A stretch of DNA of 64,000 nt from assembly GCF_003609645.1 (NCBI RefSeq), contig NZ_MCIB01000036.1, forward strand, positions 67,303 through 131,302. The letters are read 5' to 3'. Each line of letters begins with the position of its first letter. Positions within the stretch are counted from its first letter, which is position 1. The DNA is from Thermohalobacter berrensis (GTDB taxonomy: Bacteria; Bacillota; Clostridia; Tissierellales; Thermohalobacteraceae). This document shows, one piece after another, positions 19,215 to 28,895 of this stretch. Both the position numbers and the translations under genes were made by a program. The notes below the pieces were generated by a model. The model was given only the letters and a program-made list of their open reading frames with translations, was not told the DNA's origin and made no database searches.

Positions 19215-20501
19215 ATGGAAATACATGTAGTTAGGCCTGGTGAATCTTTATGGGCCATTGCTAGAAGATATGGAGTAAGTGTTCAAAACATTATTGACGC
19301 AAATGGAATACAAGATTTGCCTTATCTAGTACCAGGTCAAGCATTAATAATTCCAGGTATAGAAGCAACTTATACAGTTCAACCAGGAGATAGCCTTTGG
19401 GCAATAAGTCAAAGGTATGGAGTTACTGTTGAGAGTATACTAGATGTAAATAATATAGCAAATCCTAGCCTTATTTATCCGGGAATGGTTATTAAAATTC
19501 CGGCACAGGCAAATCAGTATGGAACAATAGAAGTAAACGCCTATATAGAACCAACTTCTCCAGAAAGAGAAAGAGAAATAATTAATGAAGTAGGGCAATA
19601 TTTAACGTATATAAGTCCTTTTAGTTATCAGGTTAATGAAGAAGGGAATCTAAATCCAATTGATGATGAGACTATTTTAAATACTGCTAGACAATATGAT
19701 ATAGCTCCACTAATGGTCATAACAAATTTTAGAAATGGGAACTTTGATTCTCAATTAGCCCATACAATTCTAACGAATGAAAATGTTCAACAGAACCTAA
19801 TAAATAATGTACTTCAAACTATGGAAAATAAAGGTTATTATGGACTCAATATAGATTTTGAGAGAATTCCACCAGATGATAGAGAATTATACAATAATTT
19901 CTTAAGGAAAGTAGTACAACAATTAAGACCTGAAGGATATGTGGTATCAACAGCACTTGCTCCTAAGCCATATGATATTAGAACAGGTGCATGGCATGGG
20001 GCCCATGATTATCAAGCTCATGGTGAGATAGTTGATTTTGTAATATTGATGACTTATGAATGGGGTTGGTCAGGAGGTCCACCATTAGCAGTTGCACCTA
20101 TTAATAGAGTACGCGAAGTGGTTGATTATGCAGCTTCAGTAATACCACCAGAGAAAATTATACTTGGAATGCCTTTATATGGATATGATTGGAGGTTACC
20201 TTATACTCCAAGAGGAGATTGGGCACAACGTGTAAGTCCAAAAGAGGCAGTAGAAATAGCTGCAAGATATGGAGCAGTAATTAATTATGATCAAGAATCT
20301 CAAGCACCATATTTTTATTATGTAGATGAAGAAGGACGAAGACATGTAATTTGGTTTGAAGATGTAAGAAGTGTTATGGCAAAATTTAATCTTGTAAATG
20401 AATATGGATTAAGGGGAGTAAGCTATTGGGTATTAGGAGTACCTTTCCCACAAAACTGGCAGGCTTTAGACGCTATGTTTAATATTGAAAAATTAGTCTA
20501 A
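19215..20501 (+). CDS. Two-LysM + GH18 spore cortex peptidoglycan hydrolase (SleL/YaaH-like)
   Basis: Two LysM repeats (VRPGESLWAIARRYGV and VQPGDSLWAISQRYGV), then a GH18 domain with LNIDFE (DxxDxDxE-type) and YWVLG motifs. Confidence 0.8.
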   Translation: MEIHVVRPGESLWAIARRYGVSVQNIIDANGIQDLPYLVPGQALIIPGIEATYTVQPGDSLWAISQRYGVTVESILDVNNIANPSLIYPGMVIKIPAQANQYGTIEVNAYIEPTSPEREREIINEVGQYLTYISPFSYQVNEEGNLNPIDDETILNTARQYDIAPLMVITNFRNGNFDSQLAHTILTNENVQQNLINNVLQTMENKGYYGLNIDFERIPPDDRELYNNFLRKVVQQLRPEGYVVSTALAPKPYDIRTGAWHGAHDYQAHGEIVDFVILMTYEWGWSGGPPLAVAPINRVREVVDYAASVIPPEKIILGMPLYGYDWRLPYTPRGDWAQRVSPKEAVEIAARYGAVINYDQESQAPYFYYVDEEGRRHVIWFEDVRSVMAKFNLVNEYGLRGVSYWVLGVPFPQNWQALDAMFNIEKLV

Positions 20502-20522
20502 AATATTTTTTTATTGTATATA

Positions 20523-20553
20523 AATAGCGAAGAATTTATTCTTCGCTATTTAT
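20523..20553 (+). terminator. Terminator hairpin
   Basis: AATAGCGAAGAA-ttta-TTCTTCGCTATT; the U-tail is weak. Confidence 0.45.
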
Positions 20554-20650
20554 AGTTAATTATTTTTATATTATATTTAAATTATTGTTCCTTTTATCAT
20601 AAAATATAAAAAATAAGAATAATATTTATAGAGAAAGTAAAAGGGGGGAT

Positions 20651-21097
20651 TTGGTGAAAAGGGCTTGGATAATAGGGATAATTTTAGTAGTTGTGATTGT
20701 ATTAGGAGTAATTTTTATCCCAAAACTACTTTCAAATGAAGGTGGGAGTACAGTGGAATTTCAAGAACTAGAAAAGAAAGAAATACCTGAAAAGATAAAA
20801 GATTTATTACCTAAATATAAAGCTGAAGAGAGAGCATTGGCATGTAAGGTGGATGAAAGTGTATATGTTATAGTTACCAGAGGAGAAAAAATGACAGCAG
20901 GCTATTCAGTTACTATAGATAAAATAGAAAAAGTTGACCAAGAAAATGGTTATAAACTTGTAGTTTATGCCAAATATAAAGATCCTAAACCAGATGAAAT
21001 AGTTGCACAGGTTATTACATATCCTACTGTTGTTGTAAAGACAAATCTTGAAGAATTACCAGATAAAATTGAATTAAAAAGTGAGTATATAAACTAA
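20651..21097 (+). CDS. PrcB_C-domain-like membrane-anchored protein
   Basis: N-terminal TM. The pattern ...VIVTRGEKMTAGYSVTIDKI...YPTVVVK resembles PrcB C-terminal domain proteins. Start is TTG 20651 or GTG 20654 after AAGGGGGG. Confidence 0.45.
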   Translation: MVKRAWIIGIILVVVIVLGVIFIPKLLSNEGGSTVEFQELEKKEIPEKIKDLLPKYKAEERALACKVDESVYVIVTRGEKMTAGYSVTIDKIEKVDQENGYKLVVYAKYKDPKPDEIVAQVITYPTVVVKTNLEELPDKIELKSEYIN

Positions 21098-21134
21098 GGT
21101 CATCAGTCTTAAAGGCTGATGATTTTGGTTTTTT
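21098..21134 (+). terminator. Intrinsic terminator
   Basis: TCATCAG-tcttaaagg-CTGATGA followed by TTTTGGTTTTTT. Confidence 0.6.
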
Positions 21135-21231
21135 GACCATAAATTACATAAAGGAAATTTTGATGATATATAGAAAATTTATATTGTGTGTATATTTATA
21201 CATACATTACTTTTGTATAAGGAGGAAAAGT

Positions 21232-22332
21232 ATGAAAAACAAGTTGAAAAAAATAATAGTTAGTACAATTGCTGCTTCTTTAATAGGAACTTCAGCAACT
21301 GCTTATGCATGGACTTATGAAGTTAAATCAGGAGATACTTTTTGGAAAATAAGCCAAAGGTATGGAGTGAGTCTGGACAAGCTAATGGAGTCTAATAATG
21401 CTACTGAAAATACTATTTTATATGTAGGGCAAAAGTTAACTATACCTGATAATAATGATTACTTTTATTATGAAGTAAAAAGTGGAGATACTCCGTATCT
21501 TATAAGTGAAAAGTTTGGAATTTCCTTGGAAAATCTTTTAAGTTTAAATAATTTAAATCAATATTCAATTATTTATCCAGGAGATAAATTAAAAATACCA
21601 GCTTCTAATAAAAGTACAGCTAATATTACTAACAGTACGCCTAGTACTTTTATACCTGAGCAGCCTAGAACTTATATTACTTATAAAGAACATACTGTAC
21701 AACCAGGTGATAATTTTTGGACTTTAAGTTTAAAGTATGGAGTACCTGTAAAAGAACTATTAAAAGTTAATAATGCTGATACAAATACTAGATTATATGT
21801 AGGAGATACAGTTACTATCCCAGTACACAATGTACCTGAAATGGAAAGGGCAGGAGAAAAATATGGGGAATATTTAGATTGGTGGAATGGTGCTCAATAT
21901 GTAATTCCTATAGGTGCTACTATAAAAGTAATTGATTTCTATACAGGTAAATCTTTTATGGCTAAAAGAACCACTGGTGCAAGCCATGCTGATGTTGAAG
22001 CATTAACTAAAGAGGATACCGAAAAGTTAAAAGATATTTGGGGTGGAAATTTTAGTTGGGTAAGAAGACCAGTTATAGTTGAATACAACGGTAGAAAAAT
22101 TGCTGCAAGTGCCTCAGGAATGCCCCATGCAGGAAATGATTCAGATAGGGGAGGTTACTATACTAGTTGGAGAAGTGGAGATTATGGTCCAGGAATAAAC
22201 CTAGATTATGTTAAAAATAATGGCATGAATGGTCATTTTGATATTCACTTTTTAAACAGTCAAAGACATAAAGATGGAAAAGTAGATGAAAAACATCAAG
22301 AAAATGTGAAAATAGCTGCAGGTATAAGATAA
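21232..22332 (+). CDS. Secreted protein with three LysM domains and an uncharacterised His-rich C-terminal domain
   Basis: ATG 21232 follows GGAGGAAAAG, then a signal peptide. LysM repeats occur at ~EVKSGDTFWKISQRYGV, EVKSGDTPYLISEKFGI and TVQPGDNFWTLSLKYGV. The C-terminal ~190 aa (SHADVE...MPHAGNDSD...HFDIHF) are unassigned. Confidence 0.7.
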   Translation: MKNKLKKIIVSTIAASLIGTSATAYAWTYEVKSGDTFWKISQRYGVSLDKLMESNNATENTILYVGQKLTIPDNNDYFYYEVKSGDTPYLISEKFGISLENLLSLNNLNQYSIIYPGDKLKIPASNKSTANITNSTPSTFIPEQPRTYITYKEHTVQPGDNFWTLSLKYGVPVKELLKVNNADTNTRLYVGDTVTIPVHNVPEMERAGEKYGEYLDWWNGAQYVIPIGATIKVIDFYTGKSFMAKRTTGASHADVEALTKEDTEKLKDIWGGNFSWVRRPVIVEYNGRKIAASASGMPHAGNDSDRGGYYTSWRSGDYGPGINLDYVKNNGMNGHFDIHFLNSQRHKDGKVDEKHQENVKIAAGIR

Positions 22333-22429
22333 TCACAGGTAACTTTTTCCACCTCCACAACATATAAAAAATAATAAGTATATACTTAACTTCCGGGTAT
22401 ATAAAGAATAATAATGTGGGGGTGGTATC

Positions 22430-24814
22430 TTGAAAAATAATTTAGAAATACCTGTTTCTAAACTTAGAAAACAATGTGATGTATCTATTTTTAATTTTAA
22501 TACTACGGAGGAAATATCTGAAATAAAAGAAATTATAGGACAAAAAAGAGCAACAAGGGCATTAAAATTCGGCCTTAATGTGAAGAAAAAAGGATATAAT
22601 ATATATGTATCTGGTGTAACAGGCACAGGGAGAAATAGCTATTCATATTCAATAGCAAAAGAGTTTGCAGAGAAAAAACAAGTACCATATGATTGGTGTT
22701 ATGTTTATAACTTTAACAAAAAAGAAAATCCTAGGGCTTTAAAACTTAAGGCAGGAAGAGGCCCTATATTTAAAAAGGAAGTTGAAAATCTAATTTCTAA
22801 ACTTAAAGCAGAAATGGTAGATGCATTTTCATCAAGACAGTATGAAAACAAAAAAAGGGTTATATATCATGAATATGAAAACAAAAGATCTGAAATAATT
22901 AAAAAATTAAACAAATTATCTAAAAGATATGGTTTTGTATTTAAAGAAACTGAAAAAGGACTTATGAGTATACCCCTTATAAAGGGTAGACCTATGAAGC
23001 AAGAAGAAATTGAGGAGCTTTCCGATAGAGAAATAGAAATATTAAGGGATAATTTAAGTAAATTAAATAAAGTTGCCTTTGATATACTAAACAAATTAAG
23101 GGAGTTAGAAGAGGAACTAAATGAAAATATTGACTTATTAGAGAAAGAGATGGCTACAGAAGTTGTTAGTTTTTATATGGCTCCATTATTAGAAAAATTT
23201 GAAGATAACAAAGAAATAATTAATTATCTTGATGAAATGAAAAAGGATATTGTTGAAAATCTAGATAAGTTTCTAGAAAATGAAAAGGATAAAAAAACTA
23301 CCTATATATTTAGTAAGACAACAAATGAAGAAAACTTTTTTAGAAGATATGAGGTTAATCTTTTTATAGATAATAGTAATACTAAAGGAGCACCGGTAGT
23401 AAGAGAATCAAATCCAAATTATTATAATCTTTTAGGAAAAATTGAATATGTAAATGAACTTGGAGCTTTAAAAACTGATCATATGAAAATAAAACCTGGT
23501 TCTATACATGAAGCTAATGGAGGATACCTAATAGTTCAAGCAAAAGACATATTAACTTCACCATATGCATGGGCAGGACTAAAAAGGGCATTAAAAGAGG
23601 AAAAGGTAAAAATTGAGAATATAAGTAAAGGTAATATTGTAACACAAACGATAAAGCCTGAGTCTATCCCAATTGACCTAAAGGTAATAATTATTGGAGA
23701 CTACTATACCTATCAATTATTATATAATTATGATGATGATTTTAAAAAGTTATTTAAAATAAGAGCTGATTTTGATATAGAAATGGATAGAAATAAAGAT
23801 AATATAGAAAAAATCGCATCTTTTATTGCATCACATTGTAAGGATGAAGGGTTAAGACATTTTGAAAAGTCTGCAGTAGCAAAGGTAATCGAATATAGTT
23901 CAAGATTAGCAGAAGACCAGAGAAAATTAAGCTCTAGATTTAATGAACTAGTAGAGCTTTTATATGAAGCAGATGCATGGGCTGAGGTTGAAGGTGATGA
24001 TATTATTAAGGCTAAGCATATTAAAGAGGCAATAGAAGAAAAAATATTTAGAAATAATAAATATGAAGAAAAGTTGCAGGAACTGTTTAAAGATGGCACG
24101 TTACTTATAGAAACTTCAGGATATAAAGTTGGTCAAATAAACGGGCTTTCAGTAATGGACTCTGGTCAATATTCATTTGGAAGACCTAGTAAAATAACTG
24201 TATCAACATATGCAGGTAAAGAAGGTATTATTAACATTGAACGAGAAGTTGAAAAAAGTGGTAGCATACATGATAAAGGAGTTTTAATATTAAGCGGATA
24301 TTTAGGTGAAAAATATGCAAGAAAAAAACCTTTATCCCTTTCTGCTAGTATTACCTTTGAGCAATCATATGGTTTAATAGATGGAGATAGTGCATCAAGT
24401 ACAGAATTATATGCACTATTATCAAGTTTATCAGAACTACCAATAAATCAAGCTATTGCAGTTACAGGTTCAGTTAATCAAAAAGGATTAATTCAGCCAG
24501 TAGGAGGAGTAAATGAAAAGATTGAAGGGTACTATAAGATTTGCAAATTAAAGGGTTTTAAAGGAGGAGAAGGTGTAATAATACCTTATCAAAATATTAA
24601 AAACCTAATGTTAAATGAAGAAGTGGTTGAAGCAGTAAAAGAAGGAAAGTTTACTATATATGCAGTAAAAACAATAGATGAAGGGATAGAAATACTAACA
24701 GGAGTTCCTGCTGGTAAAAAAGATGAAAATGGATACTATGAAAAGGAAACAGTCAATTATCTAGTGCAAGAGAAACTAAATGAATTAGCAAAAGTTTATA
24801 AAGAATATCAATAG
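22430..24814 (+). CDS. Lon-like (LonC/COG1067-type) protease with degenerate AAA+ module and S16 proteolytic domain
   Basis: TTG start after GGGGTGG. The Walker-A-like box is GVTGTGRNS, with Arg in place of Lys. The C-terminal S16 domain (…GDSASSTELYALLS…) retains the catalytic Ser; a dyad Lys is expected downstream but was not located. Confidence 0.8.
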   Translation: MKNNLEIPVSKLRKQCDVSIFNFNTTEEISEIKEIIGQKRATRALKFGLNVKKKGYNIYVSGVTGTGRNSYSYSIAKEFAEKKQVPYDWCYVYNFNKKENPRALKLKAGRGPIFKKEVENLISKLKAEMVDAFSSRQYENKKRVIYHEYENKRSEIIKKLNKLSKRYGFVFKETEKGLMSIPLIKGRPMKQEEIEELSDREIEILRDNLSKLNKVAFDILNKLRELEEELNENIDLLEKEMATEVVSFYMAPLLEKFEDNKEIINYLDEMKKDIVENLDKFLENEKDKKTTYIFSKTTNEENFFRRYEVNLFIDNSNTKGAPVVRESNPNYYNLLGKIEYVNELGALKTDHMKIKPGSIHEANGGYLIVQAKDILTSPYAWAGLKRALKEEKVKIENISKGNIVTQTIKPESIPIDLKVIIIGDYYTYQLLYNYDDDFKKLFKIRADFDIEMDRNKDNIEKIASFIASHCKDEGLRHFEKSAVAKVIEYSSRLAEDQRKLSSRFNELVELLYEADAWAEVEGDDIIKAKHIKEAIEEKIFRNNKYEEKLQELFKDGTLLIETSGYKVGQINGLSVMDSGQYSFGRPSKITVSTYAGKEGIINIEREVEKSGSIHDKGVLILSGYLGEKYARKKPLSLSASITFEQSYGLIDGDSASSTELYALLSSLSELPINQAIAVTGSVNQKGLIQPVGGVNEKIEGYYKICKLKGFKGGEGVIIPYQNIKNLMLNEEVVEAVKEGKFTIYAVKTIDEGIEILTGVPAGKKDENGYYEKETVNYLVQEKLNELAKVYKEYQ

Positions 24815-24844
24815 AAGCTAAGTAGTACTTAGCTTCTATTTTCT
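24813..24844. terminator. Bidirectional terminator palindrome shared by the Lon-like gene (+) and the MTHFS gene (-)
   Basis: AGAAGCTAAGTA-G-TACTTAGCTTCT is a near-perfect palindrome with T/A-rich flanks. It overlaps the stop codon of the minus-strand gene. Confidence 0.6.
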
Positions 24845-25413
24845 GTACAATTTATTATTGCATTTTCTGTTATAATAAAATCTACAGGTATATCAAATTT
24901 ATCTGGGATTATTTTAGGGACAATTTGTACATCAAATGCTAAAGCAATTTTAGGAATTTCCTTGTTAAGTTTTCCTAAAAATCTATCATAATAACCTCCT
25001 CCATAACCAATCCTATATCCTCTTTTATCAAAGGCCACTCCAGGAACAATAATTAAATCAAGTAAATCAGGATCTGACTTTCTAATATATTCTTCTTTAG
25101 GTTCTAAGATTCCATATGTACCCTTAGTAAGTTCATTGTCATAATCTTTAAGCTGTGACAGTAAAAGTTCTTTAGTTTTTGTGATAGTAATAGGAATAAA
25201 TATGTTTTTTCCCTTAGATAAAGCTGTTTTGATAATATGTTCAGTTTTTACCTCATTTCTAAAATCCACATAAGCCATAATATTTTTAGATTTTTTAAAT
25301 AATACTGTAGATAAAAAAAGGTCGCAAATTTTTTTACTTTTATTAATTATATCTTTCTCTGATAAATTCTTACGCTTTGTTAATATTTCATTTCTTATTT
25401 TTTGTTTTTCCAT
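24829..25413 (-). CDS. 5-formyltetrahydrofolate cyclo-ligase
   Basis: Size fits, and the C-terminal GVAFDKRGYRIGYGGGYYDRFL motif is present. Confidence 0.8.
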   Translation of the reverse strand: MEKQKIRNEILTKRKNLSEKDIINKSKKICDLFLSTVLFKKSKNIMAYVDFRNEVKTEHIIKTALSKGKNIFIPITITKTKELLLSQLKDYDNELTKGTYGILEPKEEYIRKSDPDLLDLIIVPGVAFDKRGYRIGYGGGYYDRFLGKLNKEIPKIALAFDVQIVPKIIPDKFDIPVDFIITENAIINCTENRS

Positions 25414-25713
25414 ATTAATCCCTCCTAATTAATATAATACCATAACTTGGAAAAAGATAATTATATAAAAAATTTGAGATAAGTATAGGAAAAATAGACT
25501 ATTTTGGAGGAAAAGGAAAAATGCTACATTAAATACAAGACCTTTTTGTTTTTTTATGTCTAAAAAAATTATATAATTATATATGTACATTAGTTTTTTT
25601 AGCATTAAAAATAGAATATATTGCCATAAATGATAATTATAGTTGCAGGATTTACTTAAACTTTGTCGAATTAATAGAAATAGTTAGTCCGTAATAGACA
25701 GGAGTGATAAGAC

Positions 25714-26400
25714 TTGATAGAGTTTATGGATGTTAGCAAAGAGTATACAAAGGGAGTAAAGGCCTTAAAGGATATAAATATTCATATAGATAAAGGAGAA
25801 TTTGTATTTATTGTAGGTTCTAGTGGTGCAGGGAAGTCAACATTAATAAAGCTTTTATTAAAAGAGGAAGAGCCTACAGATGGAAAGATAATATTAAATA
25901 ATATGGATATCACTAACATAAGTAATAGGAAAATTCCCTATATAAGAAGGAGTGTAGGTGTAGTTTTTCAGGATTTCAGGCTACTTCCAAATAAGACAGT
26001 TTTTGAAAATGTAGCCTTTGCTATGGAGATAATTGGTGCATCTTCTAGAGAAATTAGAAGACGGGTTCCTATTGTTTTAAGTATGGTTGGATTGAGTCAT
26101 AAAGCTAATAATTATCCAAATGAACTATCTGGAGGAGAACAGCAAAGAGTTTCAATAGCTAGGGCTATAGTGAATAACCCAAATGTACTTATAGCTGATG
26201 AACCAACTGGTAACCTGGACCCAGATACAGCCTGGGAAATTATGAAAATTCTTAGAGAAATCAATAGAAGGGGTACTACAATTGTAATGGCAACACATGC
26301 CAGAGATATAGTAAACATTATGAAAAGAAGAGTTATAGCATTAGAAAAAGGAACTGTAGTAAGAGATGAAAGAAAAGGTGTGTATGACTATGAGATTTAG
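25714..26400 (+). CDS. ftsE: Cell-division ABC transporter ATPase FtsE
   Basis: Walker A GSSGAGKST, signature LSGGEQQRVSIARA and Walker B LIADEPTGNLD. It is followed by ftsX. Confidence 0.9.
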   Translation: MIEFMDVSKEYTKGVKALKDINIHIDKGEFVFIVGSSGAGKSTLIKLLLKEEEPTDGKIILNNMDITNISNRKIPYIRRSVGVVFQDFRLLPNKTVFENVAFAMEIIGASSREIRRRVPIVLSMVGLSHKANNYPNELSGGEQQRVSIARAIVNNPNVLIADEPTGNLDPDTAWEIMKILREINRRGTTIVMATHARDIVNIMKRRVIALEKGTVVRDERKGVYDYEI

Positions 26401-27286
26401 GATGTTAAATTATATCATAAAACAGGGGTTTGTTGGTATTTGGAGAAACAGAATGATGAGCTTTGCTTCTATTGGCTCGGTAACATCTATGCTAGTAATA
26501 TTAGGTGTAATTTTAATTTTAGCATTAAATATAAATAATATGACAAATGTTGCTAAAGACCAATTTGATGAGATACAAGTTTACTTAGAGGATGATGTTT
26601 CACAAGAGCAGATAGAAAAAATAGGGGAAGCAATAAAAGAAAATGAAGGAGTTTTATCAGTAATCTTTCAATCAAAAGAACGGGCCTTAGAGAATATGCA
26701 AAAACAATGGGGAGAAGAAGGTTATCTATTAGAAGGTTTAGAGGAAAATCCATTACCTAATTCATATATTATTCAATTAAAGGATATTAAATATGCTAAT
26801 TCTGTAGTTGACCATATACAAGGCCTAGTTGGTATAGAGGAAATCAAGTACTATCGTGATATTGTAGAAAAAATGATAAGTATAGCCAACTTTGTAAGAA
26901 TAGGCGGCATAATTGTAACAAGTATTCTTCTGTTTATTTCAATATTTATTATCTCAAATACTATAAAGCTTACTGTTGCTGCTAGAAAAAGGGAAATAAA
27001 TATAATGAAATATGTTGGAGCAACTAATGGCTTTATTAGAGGACCATTTATTGTTGAAGGGATTATTTTAGGTTTCTTAGGTTCAGTGTTAGCAATTTTA
27101 ATTGTTAATTTTGGTTATCAATATATAGTTGATATTCTAAATAAAAAGTTATATATATTCTTTACTGTATATATGATTCCTTATAAAGTACTTTATGACG
27201 ATATAATAATGATATTTACATCAATTGGAGTGGGAATAGGAACATTAGGAAGTATAGTATCTCTAAAAAAATATTTAAATGTGTAG
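26390..27286 (+). CDS. ftsX: Cell-division permease-like protein FtsX
   Basis: Four-TM FtsX topology with a large extracellular loop. Start chosen at ATG 26390, ~9 nt after AGGTG; in-frame ATGs at 26366 and 26384 are also possible. Confidence 0.85.
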   Translation: MRFRMLNYIIKQGFVGIWRNRMMSFASIGSVTSMLVILGVILILALNINNMTNVAKDQFDEIQVYLEDDVSQEQIEKIGEAIKENEGVLSVIFQSKERALENMQKQWGEEGYLLEGLEENPLPNSYIIQLKDIKYANSVVDHIQGLVGIEEIKYYRDIVEKMISIANFVRIGGIIVTSILLFISIFIISNTIKLTVAARKREINIMKYVGATNGFIRGPFIVEGIILGFLGSVLAILIVNFGYQYIVDILNKKLYIFFTVYMIPYKVLYDDIIMIFTSIGVGIGTLGSIVSLKKYLNV

Positions 27287-27306
27287 CAAAGGGGGACAAG
27301 CTACAA

Positions 27307-28440
27307 ATGGTATCTAAAAGATTTACAATTGTGCTTGTTTTAATACTTTTAATTAATACTATTATTGTTTATGCAGATGGAGATATAAGTAATGAAAAGC
27401 AGAGATTAAATGAAGTAAATAAAAATATTAGCGAGCTTAAGGAAAAAATTGAGGAAAAAAAGGAAGAATATAAGGATATTACTAGAGAAATTGAAAGATT
27501 AGATTTACAAGTAGATAGGGCAGATAAAGAGTTAAAAAAGGTTGAAGGAGAAATAAAAAATATAGAAAATAAGATAGATGAAACTAAGGCTAAATTGGAA
27601 GAAGCAGAAAATAATATAAGAGAGAAAAATGATGTTTTAAATAAAAGATTAAGAGTCATATATAAAAATGGAACGGTTGGGTACTTAGAAGTTCTTTTAG
27701 CTTCTAAAGATATCGGAGATTTACTTACAAGGATAGATATGGTCCAAAAGATAATAGAACATGATATTGATTTACTTAAATTTATGAAACAACAAAGAGA
27801 AATAATTGCACAAGAAAAGGAAAACTTAGAAAAAGAACGAGAAATGTTGAAAGTTGCTAGAAAAAAGGCAGAAGAAAAAAGAGAAAAACTATTACTGGCA
27901 ACTAGAGCAAAGAAAAGAATGATGGAAAAATTAAAGGATAATATTGAAGAGCTTGAAAAACAGGAGGACTCCCTAATAAGACAAGCTAAAAAGTTAGAAC
28001 AAGAAATAAGAAGAAAGCAGCTTTCAGGAAAATATGCTGGTGGTAAACTAGCTTGGCCAGCTCCTGGCTATTATAGAATTACTTCTCCATTTGGACCGAG
28101 ATTCCATCCTATATTAAGAAAACAAAAGCTTCATACAGGTATTGATATTGGAGTTCCATTAGGAAGGAAAATAGTAGCTGCAAATGACGGAGTAGTGCAA
28201 CATGCCGGCTGGCTTGGAGGATATGGAAAAGTAGTAATAATAGACCATGGTGGAGGAATTACAACATTATATGCTCATAATTCTAGACTTTTAGTAAGGG
28301 CAGGACAGAGAGTTAGAAAAGGACAAGCTATAGCTTTAGCAGGAAGTACTGGATATTCTACAGGACCACATTTACATTTTGAGGTAAGGGTAAATGGTAA
28401 GTATGTTAATCCATTACCATGGTTAAAAGGTGATAGATAA
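27307..28440 (+). CDS. Coiled-coil M23 peptidase (EnvC-like peptidoglycan DD-metalloendopeptidase partner of FtsEX)
   Basis: Long N-terminal coiled coil. The C-terminal M23 domain has intact HTGIDIG and GPHLHFEV metal ligands. Confidence 0.8.
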   Translation: MVSKRFTIVLVLILLINTIIVYADGDISNEKQRLNEVNKNISELKEKIEEKKEEYKDITREIERLDLQVDRADKELKKVEGEIKNIENKIDETKAKLEEAENNIREKNDVLNKRLRVIYKNGTVGYLEVLLASKDIGDLLTRIDMVQKIIEHDIDLLKFMKQQREIIAQEKENLEKEREMLKVARKKAEEKREKLLLATRAKKRMMEKLKDNIEELEKQEDSLIRQAKKLEQEIRRKQLSGKYAGGKLAWPAPGYYRITSPFGPRFHPILRKQKLHTGIDIGVPLGRKIVAANDGVVQHAGWLGGYGKVVIIDHGGGITTLYAHNSRLLVRAGQRVRKGQAIALAGSTGYSTGPHLHFEVRVNGKYVNPLPWLKGDR

Positions 28441-28443
28441 TTG

Positions 28444-28476
28444 ATAGGACAGGTATTTACCTGTCCTATTTTATTT
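28444..28476 (+). terminator. Intrinsic terminator
   Basis: ATAGGACAGGTA-tt-TACCTGTCCTAT followed by TTTTATTT. Confidence 0.7.
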
Positions 28477-28580
28477 CTAATTTAGGTAATAATATATCTG
28501 TATAGAACCCATCAACACCTTGATTTTTTAATTTATCTTTTAAGCTTTTTTCATTAACAGTATGGACATATATATAAACA

Positions 28581-28676
28581 TTATTTTACATCTGTTATAT
28601 AATTAAAAAGTGCTATCTTATATAAAAAGGAAATAAAAATAAAAAGTGGTAAATTAAAAAAATTTTTATTATTCAT
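28581..28676 (-). CDS. Candidate 31-aa hydrophobic small protein (MNNKNFFNLPLFIFISFLYKIALFNYITDVK), type-I-toxin-like; not in ORF track
   Basis: Minus-strand ATG with AAGGGGG SD 5 nt upstream. One TM-length hydrophobic core and a polar/charged tail. A candidate TTTAAA-17-TATAAT promoter lies ~60 nt upstream on the minus strand. It sits in a 450-bp intergenic gap. Confidence 0.25.
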   Translation of the reverse strand: MNNKNFFNLPLFIFISFLYKIALFNYITDVK

Positions 28677-28895
28677 TCTGTACCCCCTTAATTAAATTAT
28701 CTTTATTAATTACTAAAACTATCTTTAAGGTAATATTTAGAAATACAAATAATATTATACATTAAATTACTTTTGTTTTAAATTGAAATTATAAGGAAAG
28801 TTTACTATTTTGAAAAAAAGAGGTAATGATGGTATAATGTTTACTAGTATTTAATAAAATAGAGTACTAGATTATAGTTTTGAGGTGAAGCCTAG

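Noticed and set aside
22430-24814. Lon-like protease as BrxL of a BREX defence system
   Set aside because: No BrxA/B/C/PglX/PglZ-type genes are nearby. The flanking genes are cell-wall/LysM proteins and folate metabolism, and the domain layout fits housekeeping LonC.
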